NCBI GenBank assembly: GCA_043228905.1
Contig: JBHGNT010000012.1
Span: 12,958,001 to 13,022,000, forward strand
Direction: 5' to 3'
DNA: 64,000 nucleotides
Origin: Azolla caroliniana
Taxonomy: Eukaryota; Plantae; Polypodiophyta
Positions 25,008 through 39,025 of this stretch are shown one piece after another. A program made the position numbers and the translations under genes. The number at the start of each line of letters is the position of its first letter. Position 1 is the stretch's first letter. The notes beneath the pieces are model-generated. The model saw only the letters and a program-made list of their open reading frames with translations. It had not been told where the DNA came from and did no database searches.

Positions 25008-28000
25008 TGTCATGGCGACATACATTTTGACCTTACAAGGATTCGAGCCCAAGACGTCTTGGTCTATATGTTAGACCTTTAACCATTATAGTAACATATA
25101 TGATGTATAATTATAATAAATGTATTAGTTATTACAAGACATTTAGAGTATTCTAGAACATTTAGAGTACTCTTGTTTCATGGATCGTGAGTTTGCTGTA
25201 ATGCATAATATTCAGTTACATAAGCTCCCAAGCATATTTTCAGTTGGAGTCATTGATGGACGCCCCATAGCATCAGGTGATATAGTTGAAGAGTCTGAAC
25301 CAATTCATGTAGTCCTAGGCAATTTGGCTAGTGTCATCCCATTCAACATCATTAGTAGTCAAGAGCACTTCCTAGTTCTTGGTCTTCCATGGTTTGAGCT
25401 ACATAACCCAACTATTGATTGGAGAAAAAGAACCATTGATGAAGTCACAATACAGTCTGAGCCTCTTAAAACTCCAACAAAGGATATGACATTGCAAAAG
25501 ATTTCGACAATCTCTATACATCAATTACGTGAGGAAGGACAGAAGGAAGACATGTTGGTGTTCGCAGTTTTAGCAACTCCCACATCAAACTCACAAGAAT
25601 CGGGGGTCCAACTACCGAAGAAATATATAGAATTTTCCGATGTTTTTGATAAGGTGAAGGCCAATAGACTACCAGAGCATCGACCATATGATTGCCCGAT
25701 TGATTTGTAGCCCGGAAAAGAGCCTCCATGGGGGCCAATTTATAACCTTTCACCCACGGAGTTAGCGGTTCTTCGAGAATATATCGATGAGAACTTGGCG
25801 AATGGGTTTATCCAGCATTTAAGATCTCCTACCGGTGCACCCATATTATTCGTTAAGAAGAAAGATGGTTCGCTTCGTCTGGTCGTGGATTATCGAGGAT
25901 TGAATAAAGTAACTATTCGAAACCGATATGCTCTACCATTGATTGCAAGCCTTCTGGAACGCCTCAATGGAACTAAGTATTTCACAAAGTTAGATCTTTG
26001 AGGTGCTTACAATCTTGTTCGAATTCGTCCTAGGGATGAATGGAAGACTGCTTTTCGTACTCGCTATGGCCATTTTGAGTATACAGTGATGCCATTTGGT
26101 CTCACGAATGCACCAACAGTTTTCCAACATATGGCAAATGACATTTTTCAAGATTTCCTCGATATTTTCGTCATAATTTACCTAGATGATATCTTGATCT
26201 ACTCAAAAACTCAAGAGGATCATGATATACACATTCGACAAGCTTTGCAACGGTTGCGTGAATATGGTCTCTATGCAAAATTGGAGAAGTGTAGCTTTGA
26301 CCAGCGTCAAGTGGAATTTTTGGGGTACATAGTCTCTTCACATGGCATCTCTATGGACCCAGCAAAGGTTCAAACAGTTTTGGATTGGCAAACACCACAG
26401 TCTGTGTGAGATGTACAATGTTTTTTAGGGTTCGCAAACTTTTATCGCAAGCTCATCAAAGATTATTCAAAGATCGTATTGCCCCTCACTCAATTGACAC
26501 AGAAGAATCAACCATTTGTGTGGAGTATAAATGCAAACTCTGCATTTGAAGGATTAAAGCAAGCATTTACATCCGCACCAATTTTGATGCATGTTGATCC
26601 ATTGAAGCGCTTTATACTGGAAGCTGATGCATCTAACTTCACACTAGGAAGCGTATTATCCCAGATTAGCAATGATGGCCAACTGCACCCTGTGGCTTTT
26701 CATTCACGGAAATTCGAAGTTGCAGAAATCAACTATGAGATTCACGACAAAGAGCTTCTTGCCATTGTGGATTCTTTTCAACAATGGCGTCATTTTTTGG
26801 AGGGTTCATCTCAACAAATCATTGTCTATAATGATCACAAAAATCTAACGTACTTCCAAAGTGCTCGAGTCTTGAGTCGTGGACAAGCTCATTGGGCGCA
26901 GTTTTTAACTCATTTTGATTTCGTAATTCTATATCGCCCTGGGACGCAACAAGGCAAAGCAGATGCTTTATCTCGGCGTTTATATATGGAACTTCAACCA
27001 GGAGAGGCCGCATTTGAAAGTCAGAAGCAAATCCTCTTGGTTCCTGACCGTCTACGACTAATGGCTTTTCATGCTATAGACACACCCGAGGATTCAAGTC
27101 TTCTAGACTCCATTCGGGAGCATATTGAGACTGATGAATTCGCCCAAGATATTCTGAACCATATTATCCCAGATCGTGCTTCTTGTTCACAATCTCAAAA
27201 TCCTCATCAAGACTACAACCAGTTCAATTGGCATGATGGTTTACTTTTTCGACAAAATCTCTTATATGTGCCTGATGGTCCTTCTCGACTCCAAGTCTTG
27301 CAACAATGTCATGATACACCAATGGCTGGACATTTTGGCATCCACAAGACTTTGGCATTAATTTCTCGAAGGTATTGGTGGCCACGACTTCGCCATTTTG
27401 TTACAGATTATGTTCATAGTTGTGATACATGTTGCTGATCCAAAAAACCTCGACATCATCTATATGGCTTATTACAGCCAATGCCTATTCTTGAGAGTCC
27501 ATGGAAATCTATTTCATTGGACTTCATTACGGATCTACCACCTTCCAAGGGTTTTGATTCTATTCTCACGGTAGTAGATCGTTTTACCAAGATGGCACAT
27601 TTTCTTCCCTGCACAAAGGCCATTACGAGCCAAGAGACAGCCAAGTTACTCATGCGAGAGGTGTTTCGGCATCATGGTCTTCCTGATGATATTATCAGTG
27701 ATCAGGGTCCCCAGTTCATCTCAAAATTTTGGCGGCACATGTTCAAACTCTTACATACTTCTTGCAAACTCTCTTCCGGCTACCATCCTGAAACTAATGG
27801 ACAGAGTGAGTACACCAACCAAATAGTAGAACAATATCGTCGTTGTTTTGTCAACTATCAACAAGATGATTGGGTTGATCTATTACATTTGGTGGAATTT
27901 GCTTACAAAAACTCAGAACATTCTTCTACTGGATATTCCCCATTTTTTGCAAACATTGGGTACCATCCTCGTTGGACTATGCTTGAACATCCCGAACTCC

Positions 28001-29070
28001 TAACAAACCCAGATGCTGAAGATCGGCTCACTCGACTCCAAGAAGTTCAAGATATCCTTTTGCACCATTTATGTGATGCTCAAAACACTCAAAAGAAGGT
28101 TGTCGACCGTCATCGATGTGATTCATCAACTACGTTTCAAGTGGGGGTTCGAGTATGGCTTTTACAAGGTCGCATTAAAACAACTCGACCTTGTTGCAAA
28201 TTGGATTATCAACGTTTTGGCCCATATGTGATATCTGGTAAGATCAATGATGTGGCATTTCGCCTTGATCTTCCCCCTCATATGCATCTTCACACGGTCT
28301 TCCATGTTTCATTTTTGGAGTCGTACACAACCAGCTCTATTCCAGGCCGTCTTACATCTCCCCCACCTCCAATCGAAGTTTCGGATGGCTCCGAATATGA
28401 AGTTGCTGCCATTCTCGACTCCAAGATCGTTCGCAACAAACTGTATTATTTGGTTGACTGGTTAGGTTATACACCTAATGATCGAACATGGGAACCTCTT
28501 GAGAATCTTCCTAATGCCTCCGAAATGGTTGCTGCATTTCACAACAAATATCCTCATAAGCCAAGTCCGAAATCTTGTCTTCCGACTCGTGGAACTCGTT
28601 GTCGAAAAGGGGGGATAATGTCATGACGACGTACATTTTGGCCTTACAAGGATTCGAGCCCAAGACGTCTTGGTCTATATGTTAGACCTTTAACCATTAT
28701 ACTAACATATATGATGTATAATTATAATAAATGTATTATTAATTATAACAAGACATTTAGAGTATTCCCCAGAACAATCTAGAGTATTCTAGAATATTCT
28801 AGGATATTCCATGATTATATTAAATCTCTAAAATATTCTAGAACATTCTAGAATACTCCATAAGGACCTATAAATAGGTGTCTATTCATTCATCACAACT
28901 CATTCGGTTCAACACCAATTTGTAGCCCCTTAACCTACTCTTTGTAATCCTTGCTCTCTTATAATATAAACTCTCTTTGCATTTCTAGTATTCTTTCTCT
29001 CTCTCTCTCTCTCACCCTCTACCTTCTACTGTGATCTTATTTTTCTCTCTCCTATTCTCAAGTCACGATA
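25008..29070 (+). mobile_element. Tcn1-like chromovirus (family B, group I chromodomain); 5' LTR end and gag deleted
   Basis: TSD CCATT. 5' LTR stub 25008..~25172. 3' LTR 28619..29070. PPT AAAAGGGGGGA. Pol fragments including YLDD and EYEVAAILDS...YLVDWLGY...TWEP. Confidence 0.9.
28642..28707 (-). other. tRNA-like / Pol III cassette, antisense in family B U3 (also at ~25031..25096)
   Basis: Minus strand: TAGTATAATGG (A box) ... TTGGGCTCGAATCCTTG (B box). Confidence 0.6.
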
Positions 29071-29301
29071 CCATTCAAGTTGTAGAGTGCGTATGGGCCT
29101 CATAAAACGAGGATAAGGTGGTGAGAGTTTCGCGTTGCTCGTGAGAGAGATAGCGATAGATGGATACAGATAGATATAGGTAGGGTGGGAGTGGGTAGTG
29201 TGTGTGTGGGCACACTACCTAATCATGTGTGCGTGAGAGACCGTGCTCGTGGAGTTTCATTTTGCTTCTATAATGAGCGAGCGAGGGCACGCGACCTGAT
29301 C

Positions 29302-29333
<32 letters not shown>

Positions 29334-29449
29334 TGTGCGCGCGCGTGGGAGAAATATGATTGAGAGCGTTATGAGAACGTCCAGACACCACAGAGCACAC
29401 CATTTACGATGTTCGGAAAGTGTATAGTTGAAAAATTTATGTACGTTCT

Positions 29450-29880
29450 TTAAAAGTGGCGAATACAAGCGTGTGGGCGAAGATCACAGTGTTGGAGAAG
29501 GCGAGAGGTTGCCACGCTTAGAAGTTGTTCCTCCTCACCGGCCTTGGAACGACGACATTGTTCCTCATCTTGTCGTCCAGTCATGCGATAACGGCGCTCG
29601 TCCTCCTTGCGCTCGCTACTGTCTCTCTCTCGCTCGGCATCCTCTTCCCATTGACGATGTTCCCTAGACACTTGGCTATGGCGGTGACCATCATTGCGTG
29701 CCTCTTCTCCGCTAATGTATAAGGCCTCGTGGAGGCGGTTGCAACGCTCTTCTACGGGGATTTGTTCCACGTGCCTGCAACATCTTTCGAAGGGCCTTGC
29801 ATATCGGCTGATTTCATCCCTAGAGGTGCGACGGCTTCGTCCATGTTCTTCCTTATCATTACGTTCTTGTAGGTGGCGGA
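29450..29880 (-). pseudogene. 2S albumin-like copy 3 (3' half in frame; 5' half lost at the LTR insertion)
   Basis: HLQERN...ERCCRHVEQIPVEERC...LLQHCDLRPHACIRHF*. Confidence 0.8.
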
Positions 29881-31520
29881 TATTAGAGACATGCACTAAA
29901 GTAAGCATTTGATAAGGATAGATCTAGGTAGGTAGAAAGAAAGGAGAGAGAAAAAGAAGGGTGCCGATCCACCCGACCACCCCCGAGCGAAGGGATGGAG
30001 ACGGACTCGAGCCTCGATCGGCGTCCCATACCACCGCTGTGGCGTCGAGTCGTACGTGGTGCTGGCGCACTCGCTACAAGAGTTGACGCACCACAAGACA
30101 GATTCTTGACGTAGTCAACAAGATCGTCAAATGAGGGTAGCTAGGCCTCTTATTTATGGCGATACCCAAGACCCCAGGCAAGTTCACACTTGCCCTAATG
30201 GGTTGTCTCAATCCCGAGGATTTAAAAGTAATCCTTCCCTTCTTTACACTCTCGTTTAACCCTCACACTTATCCACGTGTATAAAATACCACGGTAAATT
30301 CTCACTACGTGATATTATATGGTCATGCCCATAACATACTCCCCCTCTTTAAAACATTGCACTCTTGCAATGGAAAGTTAGGGAAGTTAGTTCTGAGAGT
30401 ATTTTCGCGTTCCCAAGTGGCATGTTTTATTGATTTATCCATCGATTTTATTTTAAATTCTCAGATTTCTCAAGTACGTATTTTTTTTTTTTAACATCGA
30501 GAATTCTTTCTGGTACATGTGGTTTAGAAGAAAAATCTTCAGAAGTAACCAGAGTTTCAGTTGTAACTGTATTGTCGCTAGAACCTACAAGTTCTTTTAG
30601 ACAACTCACATGAAAGACTGGATGAATTCCAACACCATCGGGAAGAGCGAGACGATAGGCTGATGACCCAATGCGTTTGAGGACTGTAAAAGGTCCACAA
30701 AACCGTGGGGCAAACTTCGTGCACTTACCCGTAGACAATGTCTTAGAATTGTGAGGTACACGTAAAAATACCTTCTGTCCAGGGTTGAATACACGAGGTT
30801 GCCTATGGTGATCGGGGAGCCGCCATATAAAATCGATCTAGAGAGCAGGGAAAGACATTCATTTGTCATCCCCATGGTTTTTAAAACACCTTTCTGTTAC
30901 CATAGTAACCTGATCTTGAACCTCATCTCATACGTCTAGAGGGGTATTGACGTGAGATAATGATATCGATTAATGTTTGCCCATGATATGTTTATATCAT
31001 GACATGATGTTATGACTATCTCTCTGACCTTATCCTATTTCTTTTCCCAAAATAATCATTTAATGGCTCAAAATAACGACCCGATGTCCTCCGCTCAAGC
31101 GGAAGGAACTCAAGGGAATCCTCCTGAACAAATGTCCATTGAGATGTATTTTTCACAAATAACCCAATACCTTAGTATCCCCGCTCAACAAATGAGCGAA
31201 CTTCGGGAATCTCAAAGTGCTCTCGAGGCACGTGTCATTAGTCTACAACATGAGACTAATAGACCTGATGAGCGACAGGGTGAACCATTGTTTGTCGTTA
31301 AGCCATTTATGGGAGACAAAAAGGAAAGAACCGAAGAAGCAATCTGCATGTGGCTGGGCTGATGGGAGTCTCATTTTGAGCTCTTTCCTAGGCCAGATAG
31401 TACGAAGATTGCATATGTCGGCCGAGAACTAGGAGGTAAGGCCGCCGCCTGGTGGCGTGGGCTCCGTACTTTAGGGAAATTGCCGGATACCTGGACAGAT
31501 TTTGTCACAATTTTCAAGGG
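29881..31520. mobile_element. Rearranged family A fragment: minus-strand 3' LTR (29881..30336) and IN/chromo tail joined to plus-strand leader/gag
   Basis: Strand switch at TCGG microhomology 30812..30815. Right junction at AGGG 31517..31520. Confidence 0.85.
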
Positions 31521-31872
31521 TGGCTTCAATACGACATTGTGATGGCATCGTCGTTTGACGAGTTTCGTGTTGCTCGTGAGAGAGATAGCGATAGATGGAT
31601 AGAGATAGATATAGGAGGGCTGGGAGTGGATAGTGTGCATGTGGGCACGCTACCTAATCATTTCTGCGTGAGAAACCGTGTGCGTGGAGTTTCATTTTGC
31701 TTGTGCAATGAACGAGCGAGGGCACACGACCTGATTGTGTGTGTGTGTGTGTGTTGTGCGCGAGCATGGGAGAAATATGATGGAGAGGGGTTTATCAGAA
31801 CGTCAAGACACCACCGAGCACACCATTTACGATGTTTAGAAAGTGTATAGTTGAAAGAGTTATGTACGTTCT

Positions 31873-32811
31873 TTAAAAGTGGCGAATACAAGTGCGTAAG
31901 CGAAGATCACATTGTTGGACAAGGCGAGAGGTTGCCATGCTTAGAAGTTGTTTCTCCACACCGGCCTTGGAACGACGACGTTGTTCCTCATCTTGTCATC
32001 CGATCATGCGATAACGGCGCTCATCCTCCTCGTGCTCGCCACTGTCTCTCTCTCGCTCGGCATCCTCTTCCCATTCACCACGTTCCTTGGACACTTGGCT
32101 ATGACGGTGACCATCATTGCATGCCTCTTCTCCGCTAATGTATAAGGCCTCGCGGAGGTGGTTGCAACGCTCTTCAACAGTGATTTGTTCCACGTTCCTG
32201 CAACATCTTTCGGAGGGCCTTGCATATCGGCTGATTTCATCCCAAGAGGTGGGACGGCTTCATCCATGTTCTTCCTTATCATTATGTTCTTGTAAGTGGC
32301 GGACTTGCCTACGACGATCCCGATCCTCTTCGGACTCTCTCCTATTGTCTTGGCAACGTCCTTCGTCATGGGATCCTTCACGACGTCGGTCGCACCTCTC
32401 CTGGTCGACATCCTCCACCCTATGTCCATCACGCCTCTCCTCACATAGCTCATCGCGATCACGACAACGATGATCTCCGTCCGTATCCGACTCTCTCTTG
32501 TTGTCTCTATAGTGCCTCTCCTCAAGTGGCTCATCGCGATCGCGACTGCTACGATCCCGGTTTGTATCCGACTCTCTCTTGTTGTCTTAGAAGTGCCTCT
32601 CATCGATGGATCCCTCACGGCGTCCGTTGTGCCTCTCCTCGTCGACATCCTCCTCCCTACATCGAGCACGTCTCTCCTCGTTAATATCTCCCTCTCTTCG
32701 TCGCTCGAACCTCTCCTCTTCGTGAACCTGTCCTACAGATATACCATTGGCCGCGCTGCAGGCGGCTAGCATGATAACCGCCATGAGGATTATGATAGTG
32801 AGCTTCGCCAT
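31873..32811 (-). pseudogene. 2S albumin-like copy 4
   Basis: ATG at 32811, premature stop after 74 aa, internal deletion removing RQEC. Confidence 0.8.
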
Positions 32812-33598
32812 TGCTTGTGTTCGGAACTACCCCGGTTCTCTCTCCGCTTATTTGAGTGGGTCATGGTTGATCCACTCTTATATACACAAGGCCATGCATG
32901 TCTAGTACATGAATGTCCCTTCCCACGTCCATTCCTATAGATGTTAAGGGCATGATCCATACTTGGGCCATAGAAGAGACCATTCACTTTTCACCACCCC
33001 CCTTTAGATGTCCAAGATCCTCCTCTTTCGACCTGCCATATCACTAGCCCTATACTCACCTCCATCACACCAGGAGTGGGATTATACACTTGGGCGTTTC
33101 AAATCTACTAACCTATGGACGCTTCGTTCATATTGCAACGTAGAAAATATCTAAACTTAGGATAGCCACCTACACATGTGATGGCATTGAGGTTGTAGAG
33201 TGTGCATGGGCCTCGTGAAACGAGGATAAGGTGGTGAGAAAAGGTTTTTAGGGTGTTGGTTCTCTCCACAAATACGTTTTTGGCGGTTGTGGCCACGAGG
33301 GAGTTTAGAATCTATTGCGACCAACATACGGACGACTGCACACATGTTTATTGTGATTACAAGATCCGTCGTCGTTGTGGACGCTGCAACAACCGAGGAA
33401 TATGAAGGAGGCACCATTCAAGGACAACATTTCTAGGTGAAACATGCATGGGCTGGTGCACACGATGATGAAATGGTAGATAGACATGGGAATGTCAGGT
33501 GCAATCATGTTCGTAGTAGGAGTTACGATCAGCCACTACTATTGCGCACATCATGGTACGGCGAGACACGGTATTGTATGAGGGTGGCTTCAATACAA

Positions 33599-34927
33599 CA
33601 TGTAATGAGGGAGGGATGTTGGATACGTGTGTCATAAGAGCGACCTCACCAGAAGTAGGTGAAGCCCTACGTACTCAAAATCATTATGGTAACGAAATAT
33701 CGAAGTTACCAATGGGGATTTCAACAATAAATAATTGTTGAATAAAGGGATGGTGACAACGTTATTCTCACAAAAATGTGAGGACGGCCACCAAGATCCT
33801 TTCCCCGAAAAGGAAAACATTCGATTTAAAATCACATAATAACTTATATACACATATGTATATTATCACATATATACGATGAACTACATAAACACGTGAC
33901 CACATATGACTATATTAAAGAAATCGTTATATTTAATAGCCAAAAATGACGTAATCGAGATATGTAATCGAGGCATATACCTCTACGCACACGAGACATC
34001 CAAAAATAAGGGTTAATCGTAATACGCAATTGAGGTATTGACCTCTTACGTATACGAAACCAATTGCATATCATTTACAATGAATCGAGGTATTGACCTC
34101 ATATGCAAACGTAACTTATGTTTGTAACGTAATACACAATTGAGGTATTAACCTCGTGTGCATACGACACTCATTACATATTCAATATACGTTAAATAAG
34201 GTATTGACCTCATAAACATATGTAAATGTTTTATATAACCAATTAATTACCACTACAATTTCATTGAATTAATGAAAAATCTCTACATATTAACTATACA
34301 AATGATTAGATGGGAGAAGAAAAAAATAGACAAAATAAACAAGAAAGATTACCAAAGTTCCTTTGTTGATCCTGTTTGTATGAAGGCCGACCGCACGTAG
34401 ATCGATCGCCATCAATCAAGAACACAAAAGACAACAAAAGAAACACTAGAAAATGATCTCTGATACCAACTATTAGAGACAAGATTAATGTAAGCATTAG
34501 ATAAGGATAGAATAAAGATAAATAGATAAAAAGGAGAGAGAGAAAGAAGGGTGTCGATCCACCCGACCACCCCCGAGCGAAGGGATCGAGACAAACTCGA
34601 GCCTCGTTCGGCGTCCCATACCACCGCCGTGGCGTCGAGTCGTACCCGGTGCTGGCGCGCTCGCTACAAGAGTTGACCCACCACCAGACAGAGTCTGGAC
34701 GTAGTCAACAAGATCATGAAATGAGGGTAGCTAGGCCTCTTATTTATACCGATACCCAAGGCCCCTAGGCAAGTTCACACTTGGCCTAATGGGTTTTCTC
34801 AATCCCGAGGATTTAAAAGTAATCCTCCCTTTCTTTACACTCAAGTTTAACCCTCACAGTTATCCACTTGTATAGAATACTACGGTAAATTCTCATCACG
34901 GGATATTATATGGTCATGCCCGTAACA
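33599..34927 (-). mobile_element. Family A 5' LTR (34471..34927) + PBS + leader, 3' truncated
   Basis: LTR TGTTACG...TAATA, PBS TGGTATCAGAG, leader homologous to 13520..14405. Confidence 0.85.
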
Positions 34928-35566
34928 ATTACGTTCTTGTAGGTGGCTAACCTGCCTATCCACGAAGTTTTGGAACTCTTGCCTCAACCCTCGTTCTCCT
35001 GGGTCATCGCGATTCCGACTATGACAATCCCGATTATTTTCGGACTCTCTCTTGTTGACTCTACGGCGTCGTTCATTGAGGCATCCTTCACGATGTCAGT
35101 CGCACCTCTCTTGCTCGACATTCTCCTCCCTATGTCAATCGCGACCGCAACGATCCCGTTCCTCTTCAGACTCTCTCCTGTTGTCTCCGTATCGCCCCTC
35201 CTTGATGGACCCCTCGCGACCTCCCCCGCGCCTCTCCTCATCGAAATCCTACTCCCTGCGTCGATTGCACCTCTCCTCACATGGCTCATCGCGATCGCGA
35301 CTGCGACGATCCCGGTCCTCATCCGACTCTCTCTTGTTGTCCCTATAGCGCCTCTCATCGATGGATCCCTCACGACGTCCGCTGCGCCTCTCCTCTTTGA
35401 CATCCTCCTCCCTACGTCGATCGCATCTCTCCTCATTAATGTCTCCCTCTATTCGTCGATCGCGCCTCTCCTCTTGGCGATCCCGTCCTACAAATCTAAC
35501 ATTGGCCATGCCGCAGGCGGCTAGCATGATAACCACCATGAGGAATATGATAGTGAGCTTCGCCAT
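34928..35566 (-). pseudogene. 2S albumin-like copy 5 (5' part; interrupted by family A)
   Basis: MAKLTIIFLMVVIMLAACG start, R/E repeats, stop after 105 aa. Confidence 0.8.
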
Positions 35567-36661
35567 TGCTTGTGTTCGGAACTACCCCAGTTCTCTCTCC
35601 GCCTATTTGAGTGTGTCATGGTTGATCCACCCTTATATACACAAGGCCATGCATGTCTAGTATATGCATGTCCCTTCCCACGTCCATTCCTATAGACGTT
35701 AATGGCATGATACATACTTGGGACACAGAAGAAACCTTTCACTTTTCACCACCCCCCTTTACGTGTGCAAGATCCTCCTCCTTCGACCTACCATATCACT
35801 AGCCCTATACTCACCTCCATCACACCAGGAGTGGGATTATGCACTTGGGGATTTCAAATCTACAAACCTATGGACGCTTCGTCCATATTGCAACGTAGAC
35901 AGTATGTAACTTGATGATAGCTACCTACACATGTGACGCCAATGAGTGCATATGGGCCCTGTAAAATGAGGAAAAGGTGGTGAGAAAAGGTTGGTTCTCT
36001 CCACGATTACATTTTTGGCGGTTGTGGCCACGAGAGGGTTTACAATCCATTGCGACCAACATACGGACGATGGCATGCGTTTTCATCTTGATTACAAGAT
36101 CCGTTGTCGATGTGGGCGCTGCAACAGCCGAGGAATATGAAGGTGACACCATTCAAGGAAAATATTTCTAGGTGAAACATGCGTGGGTTAGTGCAATGAT
36201 GAAATGGTAGATAGATGGGGGAATGTCATGAGAAATCATGTTCGTAGGAGGAGTTACGATCAGCCACTACTATTGCGCACATCATGGTACGGCGAGACAC
36301 GACATTGGTTGAGGGTGGCTTCAATACACCATTGTGATGGCATCGACGTTTGACGAGTTTCGCGTTGCTCGTATGAGAGATAGCGATAGATGGATAGATA
36401 TAGATATATGTAGGCTGGGAATGGGTACTGTGCGTGTGGGCACGCTACCTAATCATGTGTGCGTGAGGAACCGTGCGTGTGGAGTATGATTTTGCTTGTG
36501 CAATGAGCAAGCGAGGGCACACGACCTGATCGTGTGTGTGTGTGTTGTGCGCGCATGTGGGAGAAATATGATTGAGAGGGTTATGAGAATGTCAAGACAC
36601 CATAGAGCACACCATTTACGATGTTCAAAAAGTGTATAGTTGAAAAAGTTATGTACGTTCT

Positions 36662-37740
36662 TTAAAAGTGGCGAATACAAAAGCGCGTGGGCGAAGATCA
36701 CATTGTTTGAGAAGGCGAGAGGTTGCCACGCTTAAAAGTTGTTTCTCCTCACCGGGCTTGAAATGATGACGATGTTCCTCATCTTTTCCTCTAGTCATGT
36801 GATAACGGACCGCATCCTCCTTGCGCTCTCCACTATCTCTCTCTCGCTCGGCATCCTCTTCTCATTGACGACGTTCCCTGGACAGTTGGCTATGGTGGTG
36901 ACCATCATTGCGTGCCTCTTCTCCGCTAATGTATAAGGTCTCGCGGAGGCGGTTGCAACGCTCTTCTATGAGGATTTGTTCCATGTTCCTGCAACATCTA
37001 TCGGAGGGCCTTGCATATCGGCTGATTTCATCCCAAGAGGTGCGACGGCTTCGTCCAAGTTCTTCCTTATCATTACATTCTTATAGGTGGTGGACCTGCC
37101 TATTGACGACGTTTTGGCACTCTTGCCTCAACTCTCGGTCTCGTGGCTCATCGCGATCGCAAGTACGACGACCCCAATCCTTTTCGGACTATATCCTGTT
37201 GTCTCTACGACGTCCTTCATTGAGGGGTTCCTCACGACGTCGGTTGTGCCTGTGCTGCTCAACATCCTCCACCCTACGTTGATCATGCCTCTCGTCACGT
37301 GACTCATCACCATTGCGACCGCGACGATCCCGTCCATCTTCGGACTCTCTCTTGTTGTCTCTGTAGAGCCCCTCCTCGATGCACCCCTCGCGGCGTCCCC
37401 CGCATCTCTCCTCATCGAAATCATCCTCCTTGCGTCGATCGCGCCTCTCCTCATGTGGCTCATCGCGATCAGGACTACGACGATCCATGTCCTCATCGTA
37501 CTCTCTCTTGTTGTCTCAGAAGCACCTCTCATCGATGGATCCCTCACGGCATCCACTGCGCCTCTCCTTGTCGACATCCTCCTCCCTACGTCGATCTCGT
37601 CTCTCCTCGTCAATGTCTCCCTCCCTTTGTCGATCGCGCCTCTCCTCTTCGCGATCCCGTCCTACAGATCTAGCATTGGCCGTGTTGCAGGCGGCTAGCA
37701 TGATAACCACCATGAGGAATATGATAGTGAGCTTCGCCAT
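36662..37740 (-). pseudogene. 2S albumin-like copy 6
   Basis: Full span present but with premature stops and a frameshift. Confidence 0.8.
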
Positions 37741-39025
37741 TGCTTGTGTTCGGAACTACCCCGGTTCTCTCTCCGCCTGTTTGAGTTGGTCATGGGTGAT
37801 CCACCTTTATATACACAAGGCCATGCATGTCTAGTACATGCATGTCCCTTCCTACGTCCCTTCCGATAGATGTTAATGGCATGATCCATACTTGGGCCAC
37901 GGAAGAGACCATTCACTTTTCACCACCCCCCCTTTACGTGTCCAAGATCCTCCTCCTTCGATCTACCATATAACTAGCCCTATACTCACCTCCATCACAC
38001 CAGGAGTGGGATCATGCACTTGGGCGTTTCAAACCTACTAACCTATGGACGTTTCGTGCATATTGCAACGTAGACAATATGTAACCGCATGATAGCCACG
38101 TATACATGTGATGGAATTGAGGTTGTAGAGTGCGTATGGGTGTCGTAAAATGAGGATAAGGTGGTGAGAAAAGGGTTTTTTTAGGGCATTGGTTGTCTCC
38201 ACGAATACGATTTTGGCGGTTTTCATTAGGATTACAAGATCCGTCGTCGTTGTGGACGCTGCAACACCCGAGGAATTTGAAGGTGGCACCATTCAAGGAC
38301 AACATTTCTAGGTGAAACGTGTGTGGATTGGTGCACAAGATGATGAAATGGTAGATAGACATGGGAACGTCATGTGGAATCATGTTCGTGGTAGGAGTTA
38401 CGATCAACCACTACTATTGCGCACATCCTGGTACGACGAGACACGACATTTTATGAGGGTAGCTTCATGTTGTTGGCCGGAATAGTAATCGACGGACAAG
38501 AGCGTACTAATATGGAATAGAATAATTTTGTAACGCATGTAACGGTTCATGCGGGAAGCATGAACGGCTAAAAGACCCTGCGTATATAAAGGGCAGAAAA
38601 CCTCTGATAGAGGTAGCGTGTAATTTTGAATGTAAAAGGCGTATCGTAATAGAGTTCTATCTTCTCTGATATCAGTGCGTGACTGTGGTTAATCTACTGT
38701 GTGTCGGTAATCCTTAAGAGCGTAGGCGTGAGTAACAGTGGGTGCGCTAGCCCACTGTGTTAGGAGCCCTATTGTAGCCGTCTCCCTTATACGTTGCTAG
38801 GTTATGGGGAATATTCCCCTAAGTATTACGCACAGACGTTACTATTCGTTGCCACATAGTCAATTGGAGGTGTAGGTCGAAGGATTGACCATAGACCGTG
38901 TTCTTAATCGGTAACACTTTTGGCACGCTTGGTGATCTGTGTCTTCTCATAGACGAATTACGACGAATGGATGTTTAGCCGCAGACGCCCTAGAGTACCA
39001 ACATGACAAGACCAGCCAATGACAA

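Noticed and set aside
28642-28707. Functional tRNA genes in LTRs
   Set aside because: Acceptor and anticodon stems pair poorly; reported as tRNA-like cassettes only.
34943-35524. Hydrophobic plus-strand ORFs (also 24282..24602, 32470..32769, 37453..37698) resembling membrane proteins
   Set aside because: They are antisense shadows of the R/E/D-rich storage-gene repeats.
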